A stretch of 63,495 bases of DNA, counting the filler, from Chrysochromulina tobinii (Eukaryota): assembly GCA_001275005.1 (NCBI GenBank). It is 9 parts of 9 records of this genome, joined end to end, with 100 filler letters (N's around TTAATTAATTAA, not from the genome) between each part and the next. Parts side by side here need not be neighbours in the genome. Positions count along the whole stretch, not along the records: positions 1 to 7,566 come from JWZX01000840.1; positions 7,667 to 14,179 come from JWZX01000841.1; 7 more parts are not named here. One strand, written 5' to 3'. Below the pieces are notes generated by a model, which saw only the letters and a program-made list of their open reading frames with translations, did not search any database and was not told where the DNA came from. The translations under genes and the position numbers were made by a program. Each line of letters starts with the position of its first letter. The first letter of the stretch is position 1. This document shows positions 1 to 10,596 of this stretch, piece after piece.

Positions 1-1
1 A

Positions 2-3000
2 GTCGACCGAGTCGAAGATGATGTAGTTGGTGCCGCTCGCGAAGAGCTGGGCGTCGTAGAAGATGCGCCAGATGCGCCCGATGATCGGCCGCCGATCGGG
101 CTGCAGGTCGACGTCGTACTGGTACTCGCGAAAGATCTCGATGACGCGCTTGCACATGCCCGGGTGGTTCGGATGCGAGTCGATGAGCTGCACCGTTCGA
201 TCGAGCTCCTGCGCCGAGGCACGCAGCCACGCGAGGCCCGCGGGCGTCACCAGCCTGCGCAGGTCCGCACGCGGCGTCGCGTAGTCAATGCTGGTCAGCT
301 TGTACTCGGTGACCTTCTGCTCTTCGGGCGCGTCCTTCTTCTTGTAAGCGAGCTCCTGGTCGATGAGAAACTTGCACTCGATGAGCGCCTGGAGCATCGC
401 CGCGGCGCGCTCGAGGCGCGGGCGCGAGTCCATCACCACCACCTTCGGGTTCAACCCCGTGTTGCCGCGCAGCGCGATCTCGATCATGAGCTCGGCCGTG
501 GGCGACGAGTTCTGGTTCTTGTCGATGACCAAGAAGACCTGGGAGAAGGTCGCGTAGTCGATGAGCACGGAGAAGACATTCTTGAGGCGTTGGAAGGCGA
601 GCTTGCTCGCTAGGGACGGGTCGAGCATCGCCGCGTTGTCCTTCTCGATGAGCGGATCGTAACGATCCCATGGCAGCATCGTCGTGAGCGTCGCCGCCCG
701 CGGCGGCGGCGGCTCGCCGTCGTTCTCGATACCGAAACCTTCCGAGCCCGACGAGCTTGGCTTCTTGGACGACGACGGTCGCGCGGACGGCGGCTTCTTC
801 AGCGCGCTCATCGGCTGCGGCGCCGGACGGTACTGGCTGAACCCAGGCTTCCACAGGGGGTACCGGCTTTTCGTCTCAATCCAGAGCTCGAGGATCTCGT
901 CCTTCGTCAGGTCCCGTGGCCAGATCCATGCCTGCGCGAGCAGCCCCGCCCCCTTGCTCGACGTGACGAGCCGGCGGATCTGCACACTCGCGTCCATCTC
1001 GGTGCTCACGTACGTGGCGGGGCGCTTTGGCTCCGGCAAAAGGGCACGTGCCGGCTGCGGCGCGCCCTTAGTGTCGGTCGAATGGTACCCGATCCAGAAC
1101 TGCGATTCTCGGCCGTCGTTGGTGACCACAAGCAGGCACCAGTTGTCGCCGGCGAGGCGCGGGTCGAAGTCGGTCGCGCAGAAGACGTTGTCGACGAGCG
1201 CGCCGAGCTGGTTGTTGCGCACGAGCGCGGGCATGTTGCGAGTCTCTCCGAAGAAGAGGAGCTGGTCCGAGAGCGACTCAATTGGCCGCCATTTGATCCA
1301 GTAAGCGAAGGTGTAGCAGAGTGTATCCTTACGTTCCCCAAACGAGAGCGCATCCGATAAGAGCTTCATCGCCTGGCCGCCCATGCCACCAGAATACATC
1401 TCCCACTCCTTCCGAGGCTCGTCCTTCCGGGCGGCGACAGGGGCGTCCGCTTTCTCGCTGCCCGCCGTCTCGCTGCCAGCCGTCTCGCTGCCCGCCTTCT
1501 CGCTGCCCGCGTCCGCATCCTCCTCCCCATCGGCCAAGTCGAAAGGCACACGTACCGGTACGGGCGGGCGAGTGTCCATGGCAATAGACAGCGCAGCGGG
1601 TTGCAGCGGCTGCAGTGGTGGTGGTGGCCGCGGCTGAATGCTCACTGTCCCGGCATCGAGATCGGGTGTCTTCGAGCGCGAGGTGGCGTTGGACGCCTTC
1701 GGCTGTAGCGCGGGGGTCCCTGGTGGGCTGTTGTGTTGAGAGCGAGCGCCGTGGCGAGCGCCTTGGTCGTCGCCAGGCACCCGAGGGCGCTCATCACGGC
1801 GCTCATCACGGCGCTCATCACGGTGCTCATCACGGCGCTCGTCTTGTAGGCCGATGTCTTGAGGACTAGCGCGGTAGGATGATGCCCTTGACGTCGTCGT
1901 CAGCGGCTCGTCGGGCGGGCTCGGCGGCGGCGTGGGCTCGTCCCGGCCGGGCGGCGGCCCCACCAATGACTTCCCCTCGGGCGGGCGGATGGCGACTCGC
2001 AACATGACGACGCCCACTGGCACCTCCACTTTGGGGATCTCCACCGCCTCCTCCTCCTCCTCACTATTGCTCCTCGAGTCTTCCTTGAAGTCTTGCTTCA
2101 AGGGCTGCTCCTCTTTGCTACTCCAAGAGCCGGAGAGGCGCCCAAGGCTCCCCAGGGTGCTCGAGCGCGTGAGCTGTGGAGGCTGTGGAGGCGCCTTGGG
2201 CGGTTTGGAAAGGTTCGGAATTTTGGGAACGGCGAGCTGCCCGAGCGCACCTTCCGGATGGACGAAGCCCATCAAGTCAAATGCCATCTCCATCTCGCAC
2301 GTGCCGTTATTCTGGGGCTTGCCGTCGCGCAACAACTCCTTGAGGCTGATCTTGGTGATGCCGATGAACCCCTTGAGTTGCGCCTTGCCCTTACCGTCCG
2401 TGATGTACCACTTACGGCCTTGCTTGTTGGCCACGATGAGCTGGATGGTCACGTCGGAGCTCGATGGGTCGACATCTTCGAGGATCTGCATGAGCTCGGC
2501 TGTCTCGGACTCGTTGCCTTCGGTGCGGTACCGGCGAACGATATGAGCGTGATCGCGCCCCTTGAACTTGCTGTACCCCTTCTTGAGCGGATATGGCTCC
2601 GAAAGATGCTCGGGAGGGTTACCGCCTGGGATCATGCTCTCCACGAGAACGAGCGCATCGCCAGCCGCGTACTCGGTGCCAATGCCGGCGAGGATCTGCA
2701 AGCCTTTCTCGTTGAGGCGCGTGCCCATGATCTCGAGGCGCACCTCGCCTCGCTCGAGCTCGCGGTCCTTCGCGAGCTGGACTTGCCGAATCTGGTGAAT
2801 CAGGATCGAGTTCGTCAATCGGAGCCAGTTGCGCAGGTTCTTTGGGCGTGTCGTCTTCACGAGATGATTCGTACGCGCCTGGAGCATCGACTGCATCGTC
2901 GGGTTGTTATCCTTGAGCGTGAGCCACTGATCCACCATGCCCTGGTACCACTCATCGTAGCTCTGCCGCATGTTGCCCACGTATTGCGTCTGCTGCGGCA

Positions 3001-3721
3001 GCACGCCCCCCGGCGTGACCGCCTGCTTCACGTTCAAATCCCAATAAAAAACACCGTCGTCGTCCTTGATGGCCACCTGCTTGCCCAGGGGCTGATGCGT
3101 GACGGCGTCCATGATCCACTCGTTGTTGACGCGGTCCATCTTACCGATGAGCTCGGCGTCGTCCTGAGCTTGGAGCGACGCGTCGATGAACAGCGTGTGC
3201 GGTGGCTTGAAGGTGAACTCAGGCATCTGGTAATGCGGGCCAACAAAGAACGCGGGGTACCGCCACGCGTTGACCGCTGCCATCCAGCCCTCGACAGGGT
3301 CGCGCTGCCCATCAAAGTAGTCGTCGTTGAAACGCGGCCGCGACTGCAGAAAGTCCTTTCGCTGCTCGCGCAAGCCCTTGTCCTGAATGAGGTGCATCGG
3401 ATGCTGCGAACCGCCGTGCACGATGAGCGACATCGACGGTATCTCCAGCTCCCACACCTTGATCGCATTGAGCATCCACAAGCTGTTCTGTCCCTTGGGG
3501 TTCGTTTCATGATTCGGGTCCGTCTCTGGCACCCAGTACATCGGGTGAGGCCCCTCCTTGATGGCCTCAGTTGGAGGATTCTCGTAGTCCAGGGCATTCG
3601 CACGGAGCTCTTTGATGAGCGTCTCCTTGAGCTTCTTGAAGCGCTTGGCGTTCTGCGACTCGTATCCCTGGTGCTCATCGGCCTCTTCGGCCGGATCCTG
3701 ACCCATACGCCTGGCGCTCAT
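2..3721 (-). CDS. Large (>=1240 aa) 3'-truncated protein; N-terminal TRPM/SLOG-like motif, possible C2-like and LamG/ConA-like segments
   Basis: One reading frame from ATG 3721 (MSARRMGQDPAEE...) to the window edge (...LFASGTNYIIFDSVD); absent from the ORF track because no stop is reached. Plus-strand shadow ORFs keep a constant register across it. Motifs VWELEIPSMSLIVHGGSQ, FIGITKISLKELL, YTFAYWIKW...WCLLVVTND...WIWPRDLTKDEILELW. Confidence 0.75.
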   Translation of the reverse strand, partial: MSARRMGQDPAEEADEHQGYESQNAKRFKKLKETLIKELRANALDYENPPTEAIKEGPHPMYWVPETDPNHETNPKGQNSLWMLNAIKVWELEIPSMSLIVHGGSQHPMHLIQDKGLREQRKDFLQSRPRFNDDYFDGQRDPVEGWMAAVNAWRYPAFFVGPHYQMPEFTFKPPHTLFIDASLQAQDDAELIGKMDRVNNEWIMDAVTHQPLGKQVAIKDDDGVFYWDLNVKQAVTPGGVLPQQTQYVGNMRQSYDEWYQGMVDQWLTLKDNNPTMQSMLQARTNHLVKTTRPKNLRNWLRLTNSILIHQIRQVQLAKDRELERGEVRLEIMGTRLNEKGLQILAGIGTEYAAGDALVLVESMIPGGNPPEHLSEPYPLKKGYSKFKGRDHAHIVRRYRTEGNESETAELMQILEDVDPSSSDVTIQLIVANKQGRKWYITDGKGKAQLKGFIGITKISLKELLRDGKPQNNGTCEMEMAFDLMGFVHPEGALGQLAVPKIPNLSKPPKAPPQPPQLTRSSTLGSLGRLSGSWSSKEEQPLKQDFKEDSRSNSEEEEEAVEIPKVEVPVGVVMLRVAIRPPEGKSLVGPPPGRDEPTPPPSPPDEPLTTTSRASSYRASPQDIGLQDERRDEHRDERRDERRDERPRVPGDDQGARHGARSQHNSPPGTPALQPKASNATSRSKTPDLDAGTVSIQPRPPPPLQPLQPAALSIAMDTRPPVPVRVPFDLADGEEDADAGSEKAGSETAGSETAGSEKADAPVAARKDEPRKEWEMYSGGMGGQAMKLLSDALSFGERKDTLCYTFAYWIKWRPIESLSDQLLFFGETRNMPALVRNNQLGALVDNVFCATDFDPRLAGDNWCLLVVTNDGRESQFWIGYHSTDTKGAPQPARALLPEPKRPATYVSTEMDASVQIRRLVTSSKGAGLLAQAWIWPRDLTKDEILELWIETKSRYPLWKPGFSQYRPAPQPMSALKKPPSARPSSSKKPSSSGSEGFGIENDGEPPPPRAATLTTMLPWDRYDPLIEKDNAAMLDPSLASKLAFQRLKNVFSVLIDYATFSQVFLVIDKNQNSSPTAELMIEIALRGNTGLNPKVVVMDSRPRLERAAAMLQALIECKFLIDQELAYKKKDAPEEQKVTEYKLTSIDYATPRADLRRLVTPAGLAWLRASAQELDRTVQLIDSHPNHPGMCKRVIEIFREYQYDVDLQPDRRPIIGRIWRIFYDAQLFASGTNYIIFDSVD

Positions 3722-3812
3722 GGAGCAGTCGACGAGAGCTCCGTTGTCACGACGGGTTGCGCTCTGCCAACGGTCTCCATGAAAAGATCTTGGTCTATTT
3801 TGGTCACGTGTC

Positions 3813-6359
3813 ATGCATGCATTGAAATTACCATCTCATCTAAAAATTATGGTGCCCGCCCAGAGACGGTCCGAGAAGCCAAGAGGCTCGCAGGGACGCA
3901 GCGACTCTCGAGACCGTTCCGAAGGCCGTATGCCCTCTCCACGCAGGCCGCAGGCCCCGCCCGGGACCATCGACTCCCCAACCTACCCGATACATGTCCC
4001 GAAGCTACAGCTGTCGCCGACGCCACCTCCGAAGCCTCCGGTTCGGGCATGTTCGACGCCACCCCCGTCACAAGGGTCCCCGCAAGGATCTCCTTCGAAG
4101 TCGCTTCGTGACACTCTGATCGCCAACTTTACGCGCGTGGCCACGCTGTTCCGCAGCTTGGACGTGGACGGCAGCGGCACGATAAATGAGCCCGAGTTCC
4201 GCAAGGCTCTGGTGCTCCTCGGCCATGGCGACGTGCCTGCTGAGGAGATCCATGATGTATTCGCGTCCTTGGACACAGACGGCAGCGGAAGTGTCGAGTA
4301 CAGAGAGCTCTACCTTGCACTCGGAAAGCCGCTGCCCCCCGCCCTCAAGGCGCGGTTGCATCCGCCAAAGACCACCCTTGACGCCACTCGCGCGCGCTGG
4401 GGTCAGGGCGCGTTCAAGCCGTCGTCGGGCAGCCTCGGCAACAACATGCGGACGCTCTTCGGCCTCCGCGCGACCGACAACGACATCTCTGCGTCGCTGC
4501 GCAAGCTCGACGATCTCTTTCCGGATGCGAGCCCGCACTCAGGTTCGCAGGAGCGCGCGATCTTCGTTGGCATGAGGGTGCTCATCGACGCCGCCGAGGC
4601 GCAGTACAGCAACGCGCTCAAGAACAAGCGGCAGCTCTACTTCACCACGTGGCGATCGGTAGGCCCAGAGTGCCCGAATCGCGGCGGCGCCGAGATCCTC
4701 AATCGGAAACTGGCCGAGGCGCTCGCGAAGCGCGCGGCCGGCAACGGCCGCGAGCAAGCGCCGCGCGCGATCGTCGAGCTAGGCCACGATAAGCTCACCG
4801 CGCTCGGGGTGCAAGATGACGAGCTGAGGCCGGGCAACTTTGTGCGTCTCGCCGCCGAGAACCTCGCACACCCAGATGGCGAGTACTACGCGCTGGTGGA
4901 GACCGACCTCACTCCGGAGGTGTACAAGGGCGGGGCCATGCAGCAAGACTCGCCGAAGATGGTGCTTGCCAAGCAGATGGAGCTCGTCGCTAAGCTGTCG
5001 AAGCAGTGCCTGTTTGGGCTACGTGCGCAAGACGCCATCCTTCATCGCCACGCGGACGAGCTCTACCGGAGATTGGACGATCTGAGGGACATGCAAGAGC
5101 TGATCGAGAATGCGATGCAAAACGATGAGCTCGCAGCGCAGGGCAAGGCACCGGTCATGCTACGCTCGTGGCCGCCGCCCGTCTACGGCCTGTCGTGGGC
5201 CGAGGTGCCCGAGCCGCCATTCCAGGCGCGGGAGCTCTTCGATCCTTCCAAACCGAACCTCGCCAGTACACTGCAGAGTCAGAGCGCCTTGACGCCTGAG
5301 CAGCTCGCTGACCTCGGCCTCACACCGTCGTCAGCTCGGACAGCCTCGTCCATTCAGCTGGTCAGCCAGGACTGCTTCGTCAAGTCCTACTCTGCCGAGG
5401 GGAGGCTTCGGTACATGATCCCGCTCGCCACCCAACGCACTGCTGCCGAAGCGGAGCCGGCGTCGCCCGAGAAATGGCCCAAGTATGCAGGTCCACCGGC
5501 GACCTGGTCGACGTGGACGAAGGAGGAGGACAGAGCTCTACTCGAGCTCGTCCAAATGTTCGGGCTCCCCCTGCGCGAGAAGGAGAGCATCAAGTGGGCT
5601 CGAATTGCGGCGGGGCTCGCGCTGCACAGCGGGCGCATGCATGCCTACCCACGCGGCAGAAGTGCGTGCCAGCAGCGCTGGGAGACCTTGCTCAGCGTGT
5701 GCCTCTCCACCGAAGAGGCTCTCGGCCTCAAGAAGACACAAGACATGCTCTTCGCGTGCCGTAAGAGTGTGCGCAATGCCGAGGAGATCATGAACGAGGC
5801 GGCGGGTGTGCTCATGCGCGCCAAATCGGAGATGCAGCTGGCAACCGCCCGCTCGATCCGTCTGAAGACCGAAGCTCGGCACACTCGCACGGAGATGGAG
5901 GAGCGTGTTGGAGATTTCACCTCGCCGGCCTGGATGACGGACGCAGCTGACCTGACGGCCAAGGGGATAAAAGGCGAGCGTGCGCGGCTCGCCCAAATGC
6001 TGCAAACCCTCGGGCCGGAGATTGTGACGAAGAGGCATGTGAACCAGGAGGATCGACTCAAGATGAAACTCGACTCGCAGACGCTCTCGGAAGAGCTCGG
6101 GCTCGAAATCTTGGTCATCGAAACGGGGAGCCTCTCTGCGCTGTCGAGCAGGAAGTCGCGGCACTTCCTGCGGGTACGCGATTCGAGTACGGGCGAGATT
6201 GCTCTTGAATGGAAAGAGCCGTCTGATACTCGCACGACGGAGGGCTATTCGGGGGGCTGGGGGGGGGAACACGACGCGTTCACCATCAACCTACATGGGC
6301 CGCAGAGTGGCCAACCACGCAGCGGAGCCTCGAGCGCAGCCAGCACGCCGCGCTTTTAA
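3813..6359 (+). CDS. EF-hand pair + Myb/SANT domain protein with coiled-coil C-terminus
   Basis: 848-aa ORF; DVDGSGTINEPEF and DTDGSGSVEYREL EF loops; WTKEEDRALLELV...KWARIA...RGRSACQQRW Myb repeat. True start may be a downstream ATG. Confidence 0.85.
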   Translation: MHALKLPSHLKIMVPAQRRSEKPRGSQGRSDSRDRSEGRMPSPRRPQAPPGTIDSPTYPIHVPKLQLSPTPPPKPPVRACSTPPPSQGSPQGSPSKSLRDTLIANFTRVATLFRSLDVDGSGTINEPEFRKALVLLGHGDVPAEEIHDVFASLDTDGSGSVEYRELYLALGKPLPPALKARLHPPKTTLDATRARWGQGAFKPSSGSLGNNMRTLFGLRATDNDISASLRKLDDLFPDASPHSGSQERAIFVGMRVLIDAAEAQYSNALKNKRQLYFTTWRSVGPECPNRGGAEILNRKLAEALAKRAAGNGREQAPRAIVELGHDKLTALGVQDDELRPGNFVRLAAENLAHPDGEYYALVETDLTPEVYKGGAMQQDSPKMVLAKQMELVAKLSKQCLFGLRAQDAILHRHADELYRRLDDLRDMQELIENAMQNDELAAQGKAPVMLRSWPPPVYGLSWAEVPEPPFQARELFDPSKPNLASTLQSQSALTPEQLADLGLTPSSARTASSIQLVSQDCFVKSYSAEGRLRYMIPLATQRTAAEAEPASPEKWPKYAGPPATWSTWTKEEDRALLELVQMFGLPLREKESIKWARIAAGLALHSGRMHAYPRGRSACQQRWETLLSVCLSTEEALGLKKTQDMLFACRKSVRNAEEIMNEAAGVLMRAKSEMQLATARSIRLKTEARHTRTEMEERVGDFTSPAWMTDAADLTAKGIKGERARLAQMLQTLGPEIVTKRHVNQEDRLKMKLDSQTLSEELGLEILVIETGSLSALSSRKSRHFLRVRDSSTGEIALEWKEPSDTRTTEGYSGGWGGEHDAFTINLHGPQSGQPRSGASSAASTPRF

Positions 6360-6966
6360 TTCTCTGCTTGCTCAAAATAGCCAACGCAAGCCCATACGGC
6401 ATCCGGGGCATGATCCGGGGAGAACGTGCCAACCCTTCACTCTACATAACTGGTTGACCGATAGTTGTAATTCTGTCCGCATGCATACACGTATAAAAAG
6501 GCGAACGTAGTTTTCGCTGAGACCTGAGTAATTAGTTTTTACTACAACTTCTGTCGACTTCAAGATAGTAGACGTCACAATCAACTAAGTTGTTATACCC
6601 GCACTGATGTGCATTGTGGTTGTGCTTGTGCCGGCCTGTATGCCCATGGCACCATCCAGGCGGCCAGCGTGGTCACAGGTCAGCGCGGCCCCACGCCACT
6701 CATCGAGCCCCTCACACATCGACGTCACGCACATGTTCACACGACGACACGCTCAACGTATCGGCAATCTCCTTCCCCGGCAATTTCCTTCCCCGGCAAT
6801 CTCCTTCCACGTCAATCTCAATGGTACCGTCTTTGGCACTAGCCCCGCCCACCAAGGGCCTTATGGTCATGGCGCACACAATGCCCACTCCTTGTGCACC
6901 TTGTATGTTCATGGTGCTCCTTGGGTTTTATATGTGCTCTTCGTTTCTCCTTGTAAGTGGTATGCC

Positions 6967-7030
6967 CCTTGTGCTCCTTGTGCTCCTTGTGCTCCTTGTG
7001 CTCCTTGTGCGCCTTGTGCGCCTTGTCAGC
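6967..7030. repeat. 9-bp tandem repeat (CCTTGTGCT)n, about 7 units
   Basis: Read directly; translates as APC repeats in the spurious ORF. Confidence 0.9.
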
Positions 7031-7130
7031 TCTTGTCAGCTCTTGTGCCCCCGCCCGTCGATCGCGCGTTCTCCCTGGTGCCCCCCGGATGCCGGATAGG
7101 ATGGATAGGATAGCGTCGGCTAGCCGTTGT

Positions 7131-7566
7131 TCAAGATCTACGGCCAGAACAACCAGAAACTGTTGAGCGCGGCGTGCTGGCTGCGCTCGAGGCTCCGCTG
7201 CGTGGTTGGCCACTCTGCGGCCCATGTATCTTGATGGTGAACGCGTCGTGTTCGTCTCCCCCTGTTCCCCCATAGGTGCGAGCTCCGGGGTCGTTCCATT
7301 CAAGAGCAATCTCGCCCGTACTCGAATCGCGTACCCGCAGGAAGTGCTTCGGGTTCTTGCTCGTCGGCGCAGAGAGGCTCCCCGTTTCGATGACCAAGAT
7401 TTCGAGCCCGAGCTCTTTCGAGAGCGTCTGCGAGTCGAGTTTCATCTTGAGTCGATCCTCCTGGTTCACGTGCCTCTCCGTCACAATCTCCGGCCCGAGG
7501 GTTTGCAGCATTTGGGCGAGCCGCGCACGCTCGCCTTTTATCCCCTTGGCCGTCAGGTCAGCTGCG
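7131..7566 (-). CDS. 3' end of an inverted paralog of the EF-hand/Myb gene (cut by contig end)
   Basis: 7166-7566 is the reverse complement of 5942-6354 with scattered substitutions and indels; frame intact (MLQTLGPEIVTERHVNQEDRLK...). Confidence 0.8.
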
Positions 7567-7666
7567 NNNNNNNNNNNNNNNNNNNNNNNNNNNNNNNNNN
7601 NNNNNNNNNNTTAATTAATTAANNNNNNNNNNNNNNNNNNNNNNNNNNNNNNNNNNNNNNNNNNNN
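7567..7666. other. Artificial contig spacer (first of eight: also 14180-14279, 25990-26089, 38652-38751, 47446-47545, 52621-52720, 56368-56467, 59682-59781)
   Basis: Identical 44N + TTAATTAATTAA (stops in all six frames) + 44N each time. Confidence 0.99.
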
Positions 7667-7668
7667 GC

Positions 7669-10287
7669 TACTTCGATGCGCAGTGCCGCGCAACGAACAC
7701 CGACCCCTTTAACGGCGTCGGCTGCGGTGCTGGTGGCTTTACCAGCTGCCGCGCCTGTTACGTCGATGCCTACAACTCGATTCTCGCAGAGTGCCCCGAG
7801 CAGCCGTCACCGCCACCCTCGCCACTATCTCCACCGTCTCCGGCGGCGCCTGGGTATATCACAACGACATCGTACCAGGTGGCGATCGGATTCGTCGCTG
7901 CGGAGCCGATTGAGACCTTTACTTCGGCCGTGCTGAACAACATCTCGACCTCGGTCGCGAACGCTGCGGGCGTGGACCCGGGTAATGTCACCGCGACAGC
8001 CCGAGCCGCGTCGACACGGATCGACATCACCATCACCACGCCGTCTGCGAGCGCGAGCGCCTACATCGAAGGAACCATGGCGGCGACAATGTTTGCGAAC
8101 GCGTCTGTGGCGAGCTCTGTACTTGGGCTCAGGGTGACGTCCGCGCCAACCATCACCTCTGAGACCGTCCTTACGATCATCTCCCCCGCTACGAGCGCCG
8201 GGCTCTTCGTGCTCGATGCTGGCAGCGGCACTATGCTTACTGTGCCGATCGTTGCCGGGACCGTTTCGCTTCTGGGCGGCATCGCAGCCATACTGCTGGT
8301 AATCCGTTGCCGGCGCAGCCGTGCCAAGTCTGTCGGCCGCGCCGGCAACACCCACCGTGCCTTCGGCAGATCGCGAGCACAGGTGGGCTTCGGCGCGAGT
8401 ACGAGCTCGAGAACTGCCGACGAGAGAGGGGCGGCCACCCACGGCATCGCGCTGGAAGAGGATGTCGACATTGTGAAGGCCGCCCGACCCGTCAGACAGG
8501 CGGATGCCGCCGCCCGACCCGTCAGGGATCTGGAAGCCGAGGCTACCATCGACTTTGTGAAGAAAGCTGTCGCGCCCGCCTTTGCCTCGGCGACCTTCGA
8601 AAACACCCAGGACCCATCAAAGAACAATCTGCTCTCGTCGATGCCATGCGACCTGACTCCTCGAGGGGTGGCGCTCAACCAGATGATCATGCAGGCGACC
8701 AATTCGAGCAAGATCAAGCCCATCCCGTGGAATGACCTCGAGATCCTCGAGAAGCTGGGTGAGGGCACCTTTGGCACCGTGCACGCGTGCTCGTTCAAGG
8801 CGACGCCTTGCGCGGTCAAGCAGCTTCGCGAGGACAGGGAGTCTTCGGCGGCGCTGCTGGCCGACATGCTGCAGGAGCACGACACCATGATGGGCCTGCG
8901 CCACCCGAACGTGGTGCTCATGCTCGGCATCGCCACAGACAACGTGCAGCGCGTGGGCATCGTGCTCGAGCTGCTCGAGATCTCGCTTTCCGAGCTCCTG
9001 CACCAAAGCAGCGGGTACGCGGAGCACCGCACGTGGCGCAACTCGCTCCTCTCGATCGCGAGCGACGTGGCCAAGGGCGTTGCGTACCTGCACTTCAACA
9101 ACCTGCTCCACCGTGACCTCAAGCCAGGCAACGTGCTGCTCGCAGACTCGTGGGTGGCCAAGGTGGCCGACTTCGGCTCGTCCGCCAAGGGCAAGCCCGG
9201 CTCTGCCGCCGAGGGCGAGGGGATCCACGGCACGCCGCCGTACATGGCACCCGAGGTGGCGCGTGGCGAGGCCCACTCGGCGGCGCTCGACGTATGGTCG
9301 TTTGGGTGCCTGATCGTGCACATGGCGACGCTGCGCCCGCCGTACTACGGGCTCAAGTGCAAGACCGCGATGGACATCGTGCGCGTGGTGCGGCGCGGCG
9401 AAGTCTCTCCGGTGCAGGTGCTCATCGACGACGCCGAGCGGCGCAAGTACAAGTGCCCAGCTAGTATCCTCGCCCTTGCCAAGCAGTGCTGCCAGCGCGA
9501 CCCTAAGCAGCGGCCTGACATGCCGGCGATCGCGGGCGCGATCGCGTCTCCCGGCATCCAAAACAGCATCCTCAAGGGCACGCGCGACATGCGCCCGCTC
9601 GTGAGACTGGTGCGCGGGGGTCCCCGTGCGGCCGTTGCCAGCGGGGGCACGATCGACGCCTCCAATATCACATACGAAGGTTCGTTCGCACCCACCCCGC
9701 GTGCCGAGACTCCGCAGGCCGATGCGAATGCCCTTCCGGAGCCGGCGCGGCTGCCTGCGCCCGCTTCGCCCCGCTCCACCCGCGCGTACAATGCGTCCAA
9801 GTCGAAGTTTCGCAACCTTTCCAAGCAGAGCTCCGCGGCGGCGAACACGAACTATTTGTCGGCGCGTGGCGGAGTAGGCCCGGCGCGTGGCGGATCGCCG
9901 GGCTCGCCGTCGGCCGCCGCCTTAAACATGGCCTATGCCGGCTCGTTTGACGCCGCTACGAACAGGACCTTCGATGCCGCACCCGGCGCGACGTACGCTC
10001 AACACGGCGCGACGTCCGCGCGCTCAGACGCGACGTTCAACAACACGTTCATGTCCGCGCGCTCAGACGCGACGTTCAACAACACATTCACAGGAACTTA
10101 TGTTCCGAGCAAGGACAAGGCGTTGACCAGCTCGATCAACACACTGTCGGTCAATCTCGCGCGTGCGTCGCGGGCCAACATTGCGGCGGCCTCCGCTCGC
10201 TCTGGCTCGACATCCGCTCAACACTGCGCGGCCTCCGCTCGCGTCGAAGAAACTCTCAAAACCGGAGGCATCGCATCATCGCCTTGA
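7669..10287 (+). CDS. Single-pass receptor-like TKL protein kinase, 5'-truncated
   Basis: Frame is open back to the contig start (YFDAQC...GVGCGAGGFTSCRAC Cys module, then Pro linker); TM IVAGTVSLLGGIAAILLVI; GEGTFG, CAVK, HRDLKPGN, DFG, GTPPYMAPE, DVWSFG. Confidence 0.93.
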   Translation, partial: YFDAQCRATNTDPFNGVGCGAGGFTSCRACYVDAYNSILAECPEQPSPPPSPLSPPSPAAPGYITTTSYQVAIGFVAAEPIETFTSAVLNNISTSVANAAGVDPGNVTATARAASTRIDITITTPSASASAYIEGTMAATMFANASVASSVLGLRVTSAPTITSETVLTIISPATSAGLFVLDAGSGTMLTVPIVAGTVSLLGGIAAILLVIRCRRSRAKSVGRAGNTHRAFGRSRAQVGFGASTSSRTADERGAATHGIALEEDVDIVKAARPVRQADAAARPVRDLEAEATIDFVKKAVAPAFASATFENTQDPSKNNLLSSMPCDLTPRGVALNQMIMQATNSSKIKPIPWNDLEILEKLGEGTFGTVHACSFKATPCAVKQLREDRESSAALLADMLQEHDTMMGLRHPNVVLMLGIATDNVQRVGIVLELLEISLSELLHQSSGYAEHRTWRNSLLSIASDVAKGVAYLHFNNLLHRDLKPGNVLLADSWVAKVADFGSSAKGKPGSAAEGEGIHGTPPYMAPEVARGEAHSAALDVWSFGCLIVHMATLRPPYYGLKCKTAMDIVRVVRRGEVSPVQVLIDDAERRKYKCPASILALAKQCCQRDPKQRPDMPAIAGAIASPGIQNSILKGTRDMRPLVRLVRGGPRAAVASGGTIDASNITYEGSFAPTPRAETPQADANALPEPARLPAPASPRSTRAYNASKSKFRNLSKQSSAAANTNYLSARGGVGPARGGSPGSPSAAALNMAYAGSFDAATNRTFDAAPGATYAQHGATSARSDATFNNTFMSARSDATFNNTFTGTYVPSKDKALTSSINTLSVNLARASRANIAAASARSGSTSAQHCAASARVEETLKTGGIASSP

Positions 10288-10519
10288 TGCTTTCACGTTT
10301 GATGCCTCGGTCAACTTTGATGCCACAGCCACTTTGATGTGTCATCCACACAATGCTCGTCCATGTTTGATGTCTCGGCGCGTTCGCTGACGGCGCGTGG
10401 CAGCAGTCTCGCACCCCCAGGCCGCCACTTTTCGTTCGGCATGACACGGTCTGACACGGACGCCTCGCGTCCAGCAGTGAATCCAGAACATTTGCGATCA
10501 CCATACGATACACATTGAT

Positions 10520-10596
10520 AGTGCCAGTGTGTGCCAGTGATGTGTGCCAGTGTGTGCCAGTGTGTGCCAGTCATGGTGCCAGTGTGTGCCAGTGTG
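10520..10596. repeat. 10-bp tandem repeat (GTGCCAGTGT)n
   Basis: Read directly, about 6 imperfect units. Confidence 0.85.

Noticed and set aside
2093..4111. 672-aa plus-strand ORF and many other long overlapping ORFs
   Set aside because: Antisense shadows of real genes in GC-rich DNA; they share codon register with the minus-strand gene and have no motifs.
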